Origin: the human T2T-CHM13v2.0 reference genome, Homo sapiens
NCBI RefSeq assembly: GCF_009914755.1
Contig: NC_060928.1
DNA: 64,000 nucleotides
Direction: 5' to 3' (one strand)
In this document: one piece after another, positions 32,874 through 50,495 of the stretch
Position numbering within the stretch: position 1 is the first letter of the stretch
Layout of the letters: each line of letters starts with the position of its first letter
Translations under genes and position numbers: made by a program
The notes under the pieces: generated by a model
Database searches by the model: none
Told to the model about the DNA's origin: nothing
The model's input: the letters and a program-made list of their open reading frames with translations, nothing else

Positions 32874-34405
32874 TAATATCTTCAATGGTTCACTGTTTCA
32901 TTGTCAGATTTGAATGTGTATATATCTATTTCACTTCCCAGACAACCATAGAATTATAAAATTGATATCAAAAATTCAAATTCAAACAATGATGCTATGC
33001 AACTTTTTGCCAAGTTGCTTTTTATATACTGTTGGTGACAATGTAAGTGCATATAACTGTGCAACTATGAAGTAGTTTGGCAGTGTAAGTTGAGAACCTT
33101 GAAAATGACCTTTGGTGCCTTACTTTTATTTCTAGGAATCTTTCCTAAGAAAATAATTTGAAAGGAGGACAAACATGTATGCATAAAAATGTACATCACA
33201 GTGTTGTTCATAAGCCCAAAAAGTTTGAAATAATTATAACAGGGAGATTTTTAATTAATATTCTCTCATCTCCTTCTATAATTCCGATTGGATATATGAT
33301 GGATCTTCTCACTCCTTCCTCCATGTTTCTTAACCTTTCTTCATTACCTTTGCTGTCTTTTTCTTTCACTGCTACAATCTATATAATTTCTTTAAATTTG
33401 TCCTCCAAGCCATGAATTCACTTTTTGGCTGTCTCTTATTATTGGAACTAATCCTTTCTGTTTTTCCTTCCAATTACTGTATATTTCAACTCTAGAAATT
33501 ATGCTTAGTTCTTTCCCAATCAGTGTGGTCAGTTCTGACAGCTTTTTTTCCTTTCCTCAGACTCTCAATCATTTCTTTTATACATTCATTCATTCATTTA
33601 AATATATTTAAAATATTCTTAAATATTAGGTATCTGATCATTCCAATACCTATCTACTTATTGGTCTGATTCTGTTGCCTCTTGTTTATGGTGTCTTGCT
33701 TCCTCATGTGTCTGTTTTTTTATTGTGACTTATATCTGGAACTTTATTTGCATTATTTATTTAAGGCCGAATCCAATCCTCAGGTCCAGAGACTTAGGTT
33801 TTAGTTCCAGCTCTGATATTGGCAAGCTGTGAGACTCTGGTAGTCTTGTAACCTCTTTGCATATCATTTTCCTCATTTATAAAATGGATCTATTAATAGC
33901 TCCTTTAATGTCTTATAAGGTTATTTTGAAGATCAAGATAGGATGTTCAATATGAAGGAAAGATCTAGAGTTACTTCATTTAGTGCTTGAAAATCTTCTC
34001 CTTTAGTTGATTAAATAACTGCCCAGAGCGTTTTTACCATTAAATTCCCATCGGTAGAGGCCAAATCAGTGAGAGTTTACTGTAGCCACAACAGCTTAGT
34101 AATAATTAACATGTGTTGTGTGATCACTATTTGCCAGGCATTGTGTAAGTGCTTTGCAAATATTAACTTATTTAACTCCTGTTCCTCACGTCTGTCTTAG
34201 GGTGCTTGCACTTGTTCCTTCTGCCAGTAATGCTCTTTTCCAAAACAATACACCTCTACCTCCACTTCTTCATTTTCTTCAGCCATTTACTCAAAAGTCG
34301 CCTTCATTGAGGCTTTCCTGGCCACCCCTTCTAAAAGTTTATCCCCTCTCCACTCTCCAAAGCACAAATTTTCTATATACCTTCCCTAATTTGTTTCTCC
34401 TTAGC

Positions 34406-34508
34406 ACTTACATACAATCTCTAACATACTAAGTATTTCTCTTAGTATACTAACATACTTACATACAGTCTCTAACATACTAAGTATTTCTCTTATTTCT
34501 CTTAGTAT
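34406..34508. repeat. Complex local duplication (about 38-bp unit x2 with reshuffled pieces)
   Basis: acttacataca(a/g)tctctaacatactaagtatttctctta twice. Confidence 0.85.
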
Positions 34509-35023
34509 TGCTTCTCTCCCTGACTCAAATATACACCCCATGAGATCAGAAGTTCTTTTCTTTCTCAGTTTTTAGAACAGGGATTCTTAACAGTTTTGCT
34601 TCTTTAGCGCTATCTTCAGTGCCTGCAATAGTGCCTGGCATGAAGTAGAAGCTCAAATAAGTACTTTGAATGACTAAGTAAATAAATGTCTTTGAAATAA
34701 CTCTGCAAAGAAGGTGCTATTTAGTATCCCTGATTTATACATTAAAAACTATGGCTCAGAAAGTTAACTAATTTGTCCAAGGTCACAAAGCTGTGAAGCA
34801 GGTGGACCCACTCGAGAGTGCGTCATGAGAATGTCTACTCTCTGCCATCAGAGACAGAGCTGAGCAGCTGTCAGCATCATCACCTGAAGAAATTCAGTGA
34901 CACTGGCTTGAATCATGTGCTCCATCTTCATCACCCCCACCCACTCCAAGTTCCATTTGTCTACTATCTGCTTTCTTGCCAGGACTAGGCTCAGTCCCTC
35001 TTTCTAAACAGCATCCTGTTTAA

Positions 35024-35188
<165 letters not shown>

Positions 35189-36271
35189 TAATACATGGCA
35201 AGAGTAAATTGATGAGCAATGTCAGTGTTATCATTAAAGATACCCAAGGGGAAAGAAAGCTTGCAGTATCATATTCTTTCCTTTTATTGTCAGGTGCCAG
35301 TATTTTCAAGAGTTTTTTATTCTTAAGGTAAAAACAAAAAATGTTTTATAATAACCTCTAGTCCAAAAAATTAAAATATTAATAGCCTAAGAAATATTAA
35401 GTGTTTATCGGTATTCGATACAGTGAAAAGAACTTAATCTTCACAGTAACTCTAGGAGGTATTCTCTCCCCTATTTTACAGATGGGGGAGATGCACAGCA
35501 TCACAGTTGTATATATTTTGCCCTTAGTAAAGGTTTGTTGCTAATGATGATTGGTGTAGGATCTGCTGTTTACATGAAAGTCCCCATTCTCCAGCCTCCT
35601 CCCTTGATCGCTATATCCTTGAGTCTCTACTCAGAACAGAAGAAAGGCACTCTGGGCCTCACCCTAGGCCAGCCCCTCCCTGTGTTTGATGGTTGTCCCT
35701 GAAGCTTAGATTGTGGTAGCCCGTGGCCTGGGTCTTCCTCTGTCAGAGCCTCTCTCTGTCATTCCCCAGTAGATGTGTCTACAGTCAATCATTTCACCAT
35801 TCCAGGCCTCAGTTGCCTCATCTCTAAAATAAAAGGATTCATTGTGATCATGAAGAAGACACTTTCCAAGTCACAGGCTGTCATGTTCAACTTATGGAAA
35901 AACAGAATTGGGCTCGTTTAGTTCCCTTGATGCCTTCAGTCCCCATAACGACCACACATGTCCATGTGATAAAAACCACAAGGAGATGCTGCTATTTGCT
36001 TTCTAAGTCAGAAGCCACTTCCAGTGGAGGCCTGACTATGCCTTTGAATGTAAGAAGTCTGCATTCATTTCACTTGCATTTAGTGCTAGAAAAATCTCCT
36101 GGGGAGTAAAGCTTTCAACTCCTCAGAATAGAAGGTAAAACACAATGTGAGTAACAAGATATGCAGGACTATTAATAAAGCCCCAGCTCAACCTTGCTGA
36201 CTACTGTGGCTTCCTTTGATCTCCAGGTGTCCAAAGCTGGTGCTTAAGTTTGTTGTTTAGTAGTTGGTTTT

Positions 36272-36562
36272 AGGCTGGGCACGGTGGCTCACGTCCATTA
36301 TCCGACTATTTTGGGAGGCCGAGGCAGGCAGATCACATGAGGTCAGGAGTTTGAGACCAGCCTAGCCAACATGGCAAAACCCCATCTCTACTAAAAAAAA
36401 TAATAAAATTAGCTGGGCATGGTGGCGCATGCCTGCAATCCCAGCTACTTGGGTGGCTCAGGCATGAGAATCATTTGAACCTAGCAAGTAGAGGTTGCAG
36501 TGAGCTGAAATCGCACCACTGCGCTCTAGCCTGGCCGACAGAGCAAGACTGTCTCAAAAAAA
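36272..36562 (+). mobile_element. AluS
   Basis: Full Alu; TSD agttggtttt. Confidence 0.93.
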
Positions 36563-36900
36563 AGAGTTGGTTTTGTTTCTTTTTCTTTTGGTTTGTCCTC
36601 AGCTATAGTGGGCCCCAGTGGCCTGGGATGTGAGGCTTTGTGGGCTTCCAGCACCAGATACAGAGGCCCCTCTTCACTGGCCAGAATCCAGGGACCAAGG
36701 GGCACTTTTATGCACTGGACAGAGTTGTAGGAATTAGTCATATCTGCAGTCCTTCCATTCCTGTTTCTTTATTGTCCTTATGTTTAATAGCCATCATCAT
36801 GTAAAGAAAAATGACAAAATCCTTCCTTATGATAACATTTTCTCTCATGGAGGATAATAGCTTCCTCAAGTCATGCTGTCTCTAGAATTTGAGGTCCTGA

Positions 36901-37200
<300 letters not shown>

Positions 37201-37334
37201 TGAATGCCAAGTTTGAATTCCAGCTGTGCTTCTTGCCTGGCTATGGGACCCAGGCAAGTATTCAGTGCTTCTAAGCCCTGTGCTGCTGTCATAGCGGGGT
37301 CATGAGGAAATGAACAGCTGCAGATAAACTCTTA

Positions 37335-37640
<306 letters not shown>

Positions 37641-39185
37641 CCCCTTTATCTGGGCACACAATTTGTGAGCAGTAAATATTGTTGTTGTTGTCACTCCTAC
37701 CTCCAACCTCTGTAAAACTCCTAAAGGTTTTATATCCCCTTCTCCAGAGAGGAAGCTGAGTTCAGAAACTCAGCGTTATTTGCTTAAGGTCACTCAGCTA
37801 ATAAGTCGATTTGATTTCAGGACACTTGCTTTTTTCATCACAACTTAAAGCACTGATGGGGCATTTTAGGGAAAATTTGTTTTGTTTTCTTGTTGTTGAT
37901 TAATTAGTTATCATTTAGGTTTCACTTAAGTATTTACCAGATAAATTGCTCAGATCTACCATAATATTCAAAATTCTTTCTTCAATGAATTTGCAAATAA
38001 ATTGGAACATTAGTTTATTTTTCTTGGTATCGAATACAATTGGTTTTATTGGCAACTTCATTATTCACACAAAGCCATAATAAACAAGTAGGTAATCCAG
38101 AGGGTAGCCCTAGCAACACATCCTTATGATCATGGCTATCAGTATGTGTTTATCAATAGGATAATTGTAGCCGGCATGAACATTTTCATTTTGGTTCTAG
38201 TTTTTCCAAGTCCCATAACAAACCTTGGTTTATTCTGACTTTTATCTTTATAAACTCTCCTAAAGCATGATACACCTTAGTGTGCCTAATAGAAATATTT
38301 GGAAGATTGGGTCATATTACCTAAAATGTAGTCTATTCCATGTAAAGTTTTCAAATCACATTTCAATAGACACGTCACTTTCATTATTTTCTTTTTAACT
38401 ATATGTTTTCCCATCAAAGAACAAAACGGGGATTGCCTTCTTGACTGGTCTCTTGCTATGAACCAGGATTGCCTTTCCCATGCAAGGCCCCAGCACATCT
38501 TGGGGCACTAGCTTTTCCTCTGCTCAGGAGGAGGTTACAGCCAGCAAAGCACCAAGCAGAGAGGCAGGCAGCACCTGGGTGAGGTGCAGTCCACATCTGC
38601 TCAGCTTCTCAGAGGTGCCAGACTTGGCCTTCTTGAGACAATGCACAGGGGCCTTGGAGGCTGGCTGGGCTGGATCCATCTCTGGCTAACTTTTCTCAGT
38701 GACCAAGGCTGTGAGGTGCTATTCAGGGACAGGAAAGCATGGCTGTGGAGCCAAGTAAAGCTGACCAGCTGCCTCTGAGGCCTTTATCTGCATATGCACA
38801 TGACATTAAAAAGTCATATATTCGATTTTATATACGATATGTATATGGGTAATCTTATTTCTAGTAGGCACCTCGTAATACACTGTAGTCTGGCACAAAT
38901 CTCTCCTTTTTCAGTCTGTATATTTGTGTAATAACACTACTAGGGAAGCATGAACACCAAAAGTGAAACATATAATTTTTATTGTTTGGAAAATGATTTG
39001 TGGTATTGTTTATAGCTACTAAATGAATATAATAGCATGTGACTCATTATTATTATATTTTAAAGTATTTTGTCTTTCAAGTCTTTTAATCTAAAACTGT
39101 TAAATGTTCCTTGACACTCAGTGCCAAGTTTCTTTGGATGAGATCTGACTGTCATCTGGAGTTTTGCATTTTCCGTTTTTTATAG

Positions 39186-39443
<258 letters not shown>

Positions 39444-41046
39444 TAGGTATACTACTGTATATGTATTTTGTTTTTGTTATGTTGTCACTAGCAATAGCGG
39501 TTTCTCTTTTATTTCACTTTTATACATAACCTTTCCATGCTTTTTCTTGAATTCACCATTTAAATAATCTCTCTGCCTCAATATAATGATATATAAACTA
39601 ATCAGTAACCAGGATTCTGAGTCAACTGAACTGCATACAATTAGAATTGTAGGGTTGAAAAATATCTTAGAGGTTAATATGGCTAATAATATGGCTAGTT
39701 AATTATTAACATGGCTAATTATTGAATGCCTTAGTCAGGAATTCAATTCCATTTTAATGCAGTATGTACTAAGTGTCATGTACTCAGCACACTGGTAAAG
39801 CACTACAGGGAAAACTAGAGGGATAGGATCTGAATAGCCATGGGATGGGTGGGGCATGAAGGAGGTAAAGGAACAGGGCTGGGCATCCATCCTGGTCAAG
39901 GGCAGCAGGAGGAACAAAGACTCAGAGGAGGGCAGATCGCACCTCCAGGTGTGGGGTGGAGGAGCCTTTGAGGAACTGCAGGTAACAGGCCTGTGTAGGT
40001 GGGGCAGGCCAGTGAAACCAGATGCATGCACTTTTTTTTTCTTTTTCCCTGCTTTTCATGAGCTGTAGACACATGCACTTTTATTAATACTTAACAAGGT
40101 AAATGGAGAGCCATCAGGAATTAGTACCAGGAAGATTTTTCATGGCAAAACTATTCTTGAAGAATATGGTTGGTTATTTGGTTCTTCTCTGTATTAGTTT
40201 GGACTTTGATCACAGGAGATAAAAGCCAATTTTGAACTACCTTAGGCACCAAGGGAAGTTTACTGGATGATGAAATCTCAAAATAGCATTAAATATCTAA
40301 AAACGTGTGAATGGCATGAGTGCATCTGTGCCTGGCCTGCTACCAGGACCCTTCTCCATCCTCTCTAGGCTTCTTTGATGTGTTGGCATCATGCTCCTCC
40401 TTTGCAGACAGGTTTTCTCTACTTGACCACATGGTCACCAACATCATACAAGTTCACATCTAGTATCTTCAGCCAGCAGAGGTGTGTCCCCCGAGCCTGA
40501 GTTAGGTACCACTACCAGGCATTCAACTGTGACCAAAGAGTGGGATTAGAGGAGAACATAGCAGTTCCCAGGGCACACACATAATTTTGTTGACAGAAAA
40601 GGGGAGAGGCCTGAGCAGACAAAGCCAGATGTATGCATCACTCTCCTCCAAGCAGATGACCTGGCTCAGCTACAGCCAGATGTTATATGATTATGGTAAT
40701 GTGTTAACTGAAACTTTACTTAAAACAGAAAAGGCAAAACTTAAGCAGGAGCTTTGGCTAAATTGCTTGGAAGAGCTTCTCTGTGGCCTCTATTTCTTCC
40801 TGACTTAACGTTTTAACTTGTAACTACTATACAGAATTCTCTTCTACTAGTAAGGCATTTCAGCCACCTGTCTCAGAATCCTGGTTACTCTATCAAAGAC
40901 CAATTCTGAACCAAAAGTTAGGAAGAAGGTGGAAGAAATATTTAAAACCACAAGTTATAACTTAAATCATATGTGATAAATAATTACCTGATCTTAAGAA
41001 AAGCACCAGAGAGTGCTTTAAAATCATTGCCTCTTTTTAATTTTAG

Positions 41047-41154
<108 letters not shown>

Positions 41155-41686
41155 TAAAACTGTCTTCATAGGGAGAAAAGAGCCAGCACCCTAAGGTGGA
41201 AAGTCCTCTACTCTTTTAAATATCTATGTGAGCTTATGCAAGCCACTTAGCTTGCATAAATTTCCTCATAAACACAAATATATAATTGATTGACAACTAT
41301 CATCACCTTTCAAATATATGAAACAACCAGGCTATGTTCTGGTTTATTATAAGCAGTTACCTTTTAATGGGTCATGATTACAAGGGATTCAATTTCTAAG
41401 TCATGTTTTTTCTAATATTTGAATGTTGCATTGCGTTACAATGATTACCTTTGTAATCAGAAAAAAACAAAAGTTTTTAAACCATATACTAACTGCCCTT
41501 ATGCACTAGAAAACTAAAAATTAAAGCTGAAACATCCTTTCGTTTGTCCTTTTTCCTTCTTTCCTTCCTTCCTTCAATAAACTTAACTTGCCACAAATGC
41601 TAAGTGACTACAGTGCATTTTCCCCATCCAGTGTTATCTACCCTGTGGCTCATGTATTATTTTTTAAAATGAATTATTTAAGAGGT

Positions 41687-42029
<343 letters not shown>

Positions 42030-42412
42030 TAGGAAGTGAATCATTCTGGATAAGGGAATAACTTAAGAATCAGTTCTTAAGTATGTGTGTTTTGAGACTG
42101 GCCCTATTTTTTGTAATGGTTAATTCATTATTTCAGCAAATTTTGCCATCTTATATGCCGGGAACTTTACCAGGAACTCCAATATTGCAGTAAGCAAAAC
42201 AGGAAAACCCCTGACTTTAGGGAGCTTACAGTCTAGTACAGAAAGCTAGAGGGTTTACAGCAAGAGGAGACTAGCATTGCAGAGGAAAGTAACAGTTGGG
42301 CTGGAGGACTGGGGGGACACTGAGATGACATTAGGGTAAAAACTTAGAGTGTGGAGAGTGAACTACGAAGTTTAAATAATAACATTTTAAATAAGCTGAT
42401 TTCTTTCCCCAG

Positions 42413-42504
42413 GTTAGAGAATCAGTGATAAATCGTTTCTTAATTGCAAAACAATATTTTCTTCTTGCTGATATGATAGTAGAAGAAGAAGTTCCCAATA
42501 TCAG
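42413..42504 (+). CDS. CC2D2A: CC2D2A exon (92 nt) VRESVINRF...EEEVPNIS
   Basis: ttctttccccag|GTT ... ATCAG|gtaaaa. Confidence 0.95.
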
Positions 42505-45216
42505 GTAAAAATAATCAAAGCCATTATTATCAATTCTTATAAAAATTATTATTTATACTCTATTATATGAAAGGTATCATATAAGATTTTTAAAAATCAT
42601 CGTATGGTATGCATTTGGGCCAGGAATAATGTGTTAAACCTGGTTAATACCTGATGATGACATTAGTTGAGGGATTTCTACTAGAACAAGTCTTCCTAGG
42701 GCCTCTCCCATTGCATTCCAACAAACCCCATCTCACCTCCCCTACTTCCAAATCAACTTCATTAGCCTTTGCCATTTTCTCATTCCCGTTGAACTAAACC
42801 TGACAGCATTTCCCTCCTGCAAGTACTTCTCCTGTTTTCCTAGTCTCCCAGTGCCAGACATTCCCTTACTCTCCTGTCGCATGGCAGTAGAGGTGGCTGA
42901 GACCCCACCCACAAGCTTCTGGGGTGGACGAGGAAACCTGGTTGCAGCACCACAGCTGGTGGGCAGAGAGCTGGTGCATGTGCTTGGTGAGAGTGTAGAA
43001 CAGCAGGAAAGATTTGATATTCACACAGATATTGGGAATTGACTGTATTTGCTTGATTGACTCATTAGTTTGGATAATTGTAAATTGGCTTCAACTAGGG
43101 GTGTGGATATAGAAAAGATGAAAGATAATTTCCCATACTGGTGGTCTTGTGCAGGCCACATGACCTTTTCTGTGATTAAGTCTCTTGGTCTCCTAAAAAG
43201 GTTTTTTCTATGCATATACTTTCTCTCCACCATCAAGTTGGGAAGGAGACAAAAAAAATGTGCAATCCATAGCAGCCCCTTTCCACATATAGAAAGGAGG
43301 CTACACCCACATAAATCCATGCAAAACCTCTCTCTCTATTCCAGGCCCACAGTCCAGTCATTGAATGTTTTCAAAGTCATGAAAATTACACTTAGAATAG
43401 ATGATGATTTTTCATATTGTTTTTTTTTTCTTTTCCTTCCTTTTTTTCTGCTTTACTTTCTGCATTAAGTTCTGAAGGCTCAGGGTATGTTCTTTCTTCT
43501 TTTAATTTCAGTTCCTTCTTGGCTTTAAGATGTTTCTGTATTTGATGGTCCTGGCTGACATGGTGCTCCCATGCTGACTGCTATGGAGACATCAAAGTCT
43601 CAGGGAGGACTTACCTCCAGGGGAGGGAGGAAGCATTGACAATGGAAGAGTGTTGTCATGTTAGGACCTCTAACAAAGTTCTGTCTCTGAGGCCCCCTAG
43701 TTTGGGTTAGGTAGGTGTCCTGGCAGAGTGATTAAAAACATGAGCTATATAGTCACAGTGACCTGAGTTTGAACCCCTGCTCTCCCTCCTACTACTAAGG
43801 AACCTTCAGCAAATCATAACACCTCTCGTAGCCTCTAATTTCTTCATCTGAAATACAGGGTAAATATTATATGCGTAAAGATTAGAAATGTTATATGTAA
43901 GGCACCCAGCACTCTTCTCAATACATAGGAGGTGCTTATAAATGGTAGCTATTTTGTGTAAAACCTTGGAGAATAAACAGGAACAACAGCTCCTGGAATC
44001 CTGGAACTTCCTTGGGTTTCCTTATAGGAGCTGTCAGCAGCGCCTAGACAGGAGCTGCAGAGACCTCAGCCTCAGCTGGCATGTGCCTCTTGCAAAGAGG
44101 GGCTCCAGTCAAGAGGTCACTTAGCCAGCTCTGATCCTCAGGAAGGAAGCAGAGAACCATGTGCATTATAGCCTGTGGCCAGCTCTGCAAAGCTGGCTTT
44201 GTTCTTTGGCTGTTTCACACAGCCATTAACATCAGCTTCCAGATACAGTCACATCTTTGTTTCTGTTTAGTTTCTGGGCCAGAATTTATTTGGTCCATGA
44301 ACGTTTCTCCTATGATTCACTGACTCTGTTGCTTTCATCTTCCAGGAAGTGTTTCTTGCATATCATCTCCGTGAAAGGTAGAGACATGAGAGAAGGAGTC
44401 TCTTGCTTCTCCCCTAACCCCTTCCTCCTCCCTATACCTCCTCCTCTTCTTCCACCTTAATCACTGGCATCAACCCAATAGTTACCATTTTAGGACATCT
44501 ACTAAGTGCTAGAGCAGTGTCAGGGTGCTTTACACACACTTCCTTATTCAATCCCTTCAACAATCCAAAGAAGTAGGTATCATTATCCACATTTTACAGA
44601 TGATGAAACAGAGACTTAAAGAGGTGAAATGATTTGCCCAAGGGCAAAGAGTGGAGCCAGGATTCACACCCAGTTCTAACTCCAGAGTGAAAGAGATAAC
44701 CCAGGAACTGCCTAAGCAGCTGTACACACCCACTGTCATGTGAAGGGAGCAGGCTAATAGGAGCTCAAGAGGTTTGGAAGAGAGAGTAACCCTTCCAGCT
44801 GGAGTAGCTGAGTCTCTGGGGGAGGTGGACACTGGCCCCAAGGGATGGGTAAAACTGCAACCAACTAGGCAGACAAGGAAGATGCAGGGAGGCATTCCCT
44901 CTGCAGGACTGGCCCAAGCAAATGTGAAGGATGGGAGACCATAGGCATGTTTGAGGAACTGGTGGGTGAGCAAGGTAGAGATAAGGCAGGAAATGTAAGG
45001 GCCAGAGCATGGCTTCTCTTCCTTGGATAAGCAGCAGCTAGAGTAAGTTTTAACAATCCATGCAGTAGGATCTCGCCCATTTGGGAGAATTTCTAGACTA
45101 TTTCCACCCACCTTCAAAGGACAAGGAGTTTTTCAGGGGCGTGTGCAGGACCATGGGGCAGAGTTCGGGAAGTCGTCTCACAATTTTGCAGACCTTTCTT
45201 TTTCTTAGAGTCCTGA

Positions 45217-45405
<189 letters not shown>

Positions 45406-46112
45406 TGAGAGCCCTCCCAACAGCCCGAGATGCAGTGTGCAGCATCCCAGCCAAGTCAATCGCTCCTTTACAGCATACTCACTCTCATTCTTAACGTGGT
45501 TATTGTTCAGCAGGGGACTGAGGGTTCTTGCAAAGCCAAGGCCCTACTGTTTGCAAGTAATACATTCCAATTCCATCAATTCAGGCTAAAGAGGGGATTT
45601 ATTAAGAACATCTCAAATAACTCGGACAAGAGGTATAGCTGAATTACAAGGGAGACTGCAGGGATAAGATAGTTCTCCTGAGGCCCCGTGGTCTCTCACT
45701 TGCCTCACTCTGAGTTTGCTTCATTTTTCTCCATGTGATGGAAGTGGCCCATGCAGCTAGAGTACCACCAATTAAGCGTCATTTTCTCCAGAGAAGTCTG
45801 AAGGTGCTAACTTGGCCAGGTGTTGATCCATGGTCTAATCGCCGATAGCCAGAGAGACAGGGTCAGAAGCACCAGCCCCAGAGATAGGAACAGATCTCAG
45901 AGAAGTGGGTATGAGCTGGGGAGAGTCACAAAAGGTGTCTGTCCAAGGTTCTGAAACATATGTGCTGTGAACATAAAAACGTGGCTTCCCTTTCATCTGT
46001 TCGGAGAAATGTGTTATGACTACTAGAATTCACTACACCAGGGGTAACAGGGAGCCTTCAGCCATTGGGAAGATGAGTCTGAGGAAACAGAGAAGGAAGG
46101 ACCAAAAATTAA

Positions 46113-46262
<150 letters not shown>

Positions 46263-46524
46263 TAGTGCCCTTACCAGTGTAATGGGAGAAAGTAGCACTT
46301 AATGTGCATTCACCATGTTTCAAGCACCATGGTAGGCAGGTTCACATATAAGATTTCATTTAACTGTTACTGCTATTACTATCTCCACTTCACAAAAGGG
46401 GAAATGGAAGTAAAGAGAGTATAAGTGGCTTGGCTAAGGTCATTCAGCCCTAACTGTTTCCTTGGAAGAGCACTGTTCCAGCCCTTGGTGTCTTTTCTCC
46501 CTAGGTTCTTCCCCTTTAATTTAG

Positions 46525-46857
<333 letters not shown>

Positions 46858-47496
46858 TCCTACATATTTGTGTGTATGTGTGTCTTTACATTTTTTAACT
46901 AATTCTTTAACCTATTAGAGAGCATCTACAATCATCAACTATTCCTAATGCTTTGTTACTTGTAAATGTCCATATAAGCTCTTGAATCTGCTGTGGCATT
47001 GCTTTCCTGAGCTCACAGCCTACCCTTTCACCCTGATTGCCTCAAAGCTCAACTGGGGTGAAAAACTATTTTTTAAAGAACATATAGGTGCTTCTTGTAG
47101 TTTTCACCTCCATAGACTATTTTTAAGTGTTAAATCATTTTATTCAACTAAATTAAGGGAGCACAGTTGATCCTACATGCTACACATTCAATGCAGATAC
47201 ATCGAGACAGCTCAGACATCAACTGTTCCATTAAGCCTGCCCAAGTCTTTACCATTTACCTTTGCACTCATCCACATACGGTTTTTTTTTTTTTTTGCCT
47301 CCCTCACTGTTCTAATACAGCCTCTGACCATCCCTCTAGTCTAATACCTATCTCACTTTATTGAGATGATTTGTTTATGTGTCTGCCTTCCAGTCTAGTC
47401 TGCAGTGAAGTGTTATCTTCATCTTAAAAGCCCAAAGTCTAACATGGGGCCTAAAATATAGGTACTAAACAAATGGGTTTTTGGGGGTTTTTAAAT

Positions 47497-47793
47497 TTTA
47501 CTTCTTAGACCCAGGGTCTTGCTGTGTCACCCAGGCTGGAGTGCAGTGGTGCAATCACAGCTTACTGCAGACTTGGAAATCCTGGGCTCAAGAGATCCTC
47601 CTCCCTCAACCTCCCAAGTAGCTAAGACTACAGGTACACACCACCAAGCCCAGCTAATTTGTTTTATTATTTTTTTAGAGATGGGGTCTCATTCTGTTGA
47701 CCAGGCTGGTCTTGAACTCCTGGGCTCAAGCGATTCTCCCACTTTGGCCTCCCAAAGTGCTGGGAATACAGGCATGAACCATTGCATCCAGCC
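47497..47793 (-). mobile_element. AluJ
   Basis: Antisense Alu consensus. Confidence 0.9.
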
Positions 47794-48571
47794 ACAAGTG
47801 TTTGTTTAATAAAGTAACTGATGGTTTTCCAAAAAGAAAAGAGCTTTTCTATGGTACCTGTTGCATTAAATGTTCCAATTACCTTTGTCTGAAACCTTAG
47901 CTGTGAAAGGTGATAGTCTATAGAAAGAGACTATTTGTATTTTGCCCAGTGATGAATGTGAAATACTTGGCAAACCATAAGGTTCAATACAAATATGCAA
48001 GTATGTTGTTAGGGTGATGGTGGAGGTATCTGGAAGAGACTCTCTGGATTTGATCTTCATTTGTTCCTTTAAGAACAGCAGTTGAGAAGGGAGAAGAGGA
48101 TAAGACTCGCTGATCCTAACTCAAGCTAGGAATCCCTGCACCTCCCTTTCCTGGTGAGGCTTGGCAGGCCCCAGGAGATTCCTTGCCTGACATGTGTAGC
48201 TTGGGGTTATTGGAGAGTGCAGGTACAAAGAACAGACAGTGGGGAGAACCTGGACTGGATGGAGATGGGGCAGGCTGGTCAGGAAGCTCAGGATCTCCTA
48301 TCTGTGAGGGATTGAGGCTCTCATCTATGGAGGGAAAGGCAGGTCCCCCATTCAGGCGCCCCCTAGAAGGGAGGAGAAAGGAGACATTTTCCTTTGTTCT
48401 CAGCACACAGGCCTGGGCATGGAAGTTGGGGAAGGCTCTAGCAATCTCTAGGTGACTCTGTGGGGACCAGAGCATACTAAAAAGCCTTCTGCAATGTCAA
48501 CAAGCATAAGGGAGAATGTTTGTCACCACAGCCACCAGGGCCATACATCTTTGGAAAAAAGCATCTTCTCA

Positions 48572-49191
<620 letters not shown>

Positions 49192-49232
49192 ATTGTCTTC
49201 TCAATATATAATTAGACTTCCTCTATCATTAA

Positions 49233-49436
<204 letters not shown>

Positions 49437-49558
49437 TAGTCTGCTCTCTGCTTCATTTTCTTTGGAAACATACTACTTAGTAAATATACTCTATTTTTGC
49501 TAAGAATAAAATAATTTGACTAACCATTGGGAACTCAGAATTTGCTCTTGATTTTAAG

Positions 49559-49668
49559 GTTTTAGTACGTCCCTTTGTAGAAGTCTCTTTTCAACGAACA
49601 GTTTGCCATACGACTACGGCTGAAGGACCAAACCCTAGCTGGAATGAAGAACTAGAACTTCCATTTAG
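49559..49668 (+). CDS. CC2D2A: CC2D2A exon (110 nt) [11 protein letters not shown]...[16 protein letters not shown]2 core
   Basis: gattttaag|GTT ... TTTAG|gtaagc; C2 motifs PFVEV and NPxWNE. Confidence 0.97.
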
Positions 49669-50262
49669 GTAAGCATATTTTCCTCTTTAAAGAACTATAG
49701 GACATTTTGAAGAAATGTGAAGAAAGCAGGCTCATGAGAAACGGCTAAGGTGAAGGATTTTGTAGCTAGTGAGCGGCAACAAGATCCAGGTGTCCTGACG
49801 CCAAGTCCCATGCTTTTCCTCTTGTACCACAGCTGACTCCCTTCAAGAATAAAAATGGAAAAATGTCCAACTTTTAAAACCCCAGATTCATTGTTGGGAC
49901 ATCCTATGCTCCTCCAGGCTCTGGCTTCTTAAAGCCCAAAGTTTTTCATTCCCTTGACCCCAATGACCTACACTGCTTTCCTTTCTTCCTCATGTCCCCT
50001 CAAGTAAATCTGAAACTCCTTAGTTCCCATAAATCATACTTTCTTCCTCACCAGAAATAAATAGGCATTTCAGAAGTTTGGTCAAAGGATTTTAGATATT
50101 TAAATGGTTCTTATTATTTCAGTACTTGAAGCAACCTTGGAGATTATCTAGTCCAACCTCTACCTTTATGGAGAAGAAACTAAAACCCAAAAAGGGAAGG
50201 TGACTTACTTAAAGCCACACAGTAAATTAGAGACAGAGCAAGGATTAGAACTACTTAAGTCA

Positions 50263-50495
<233 letters not shown>

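Noticed and set aside
44557-45117. 186-aa minus-strand ORF
   Set aside because: Non-ATG start, ends in MIR-like sequence, no domain or splice support.
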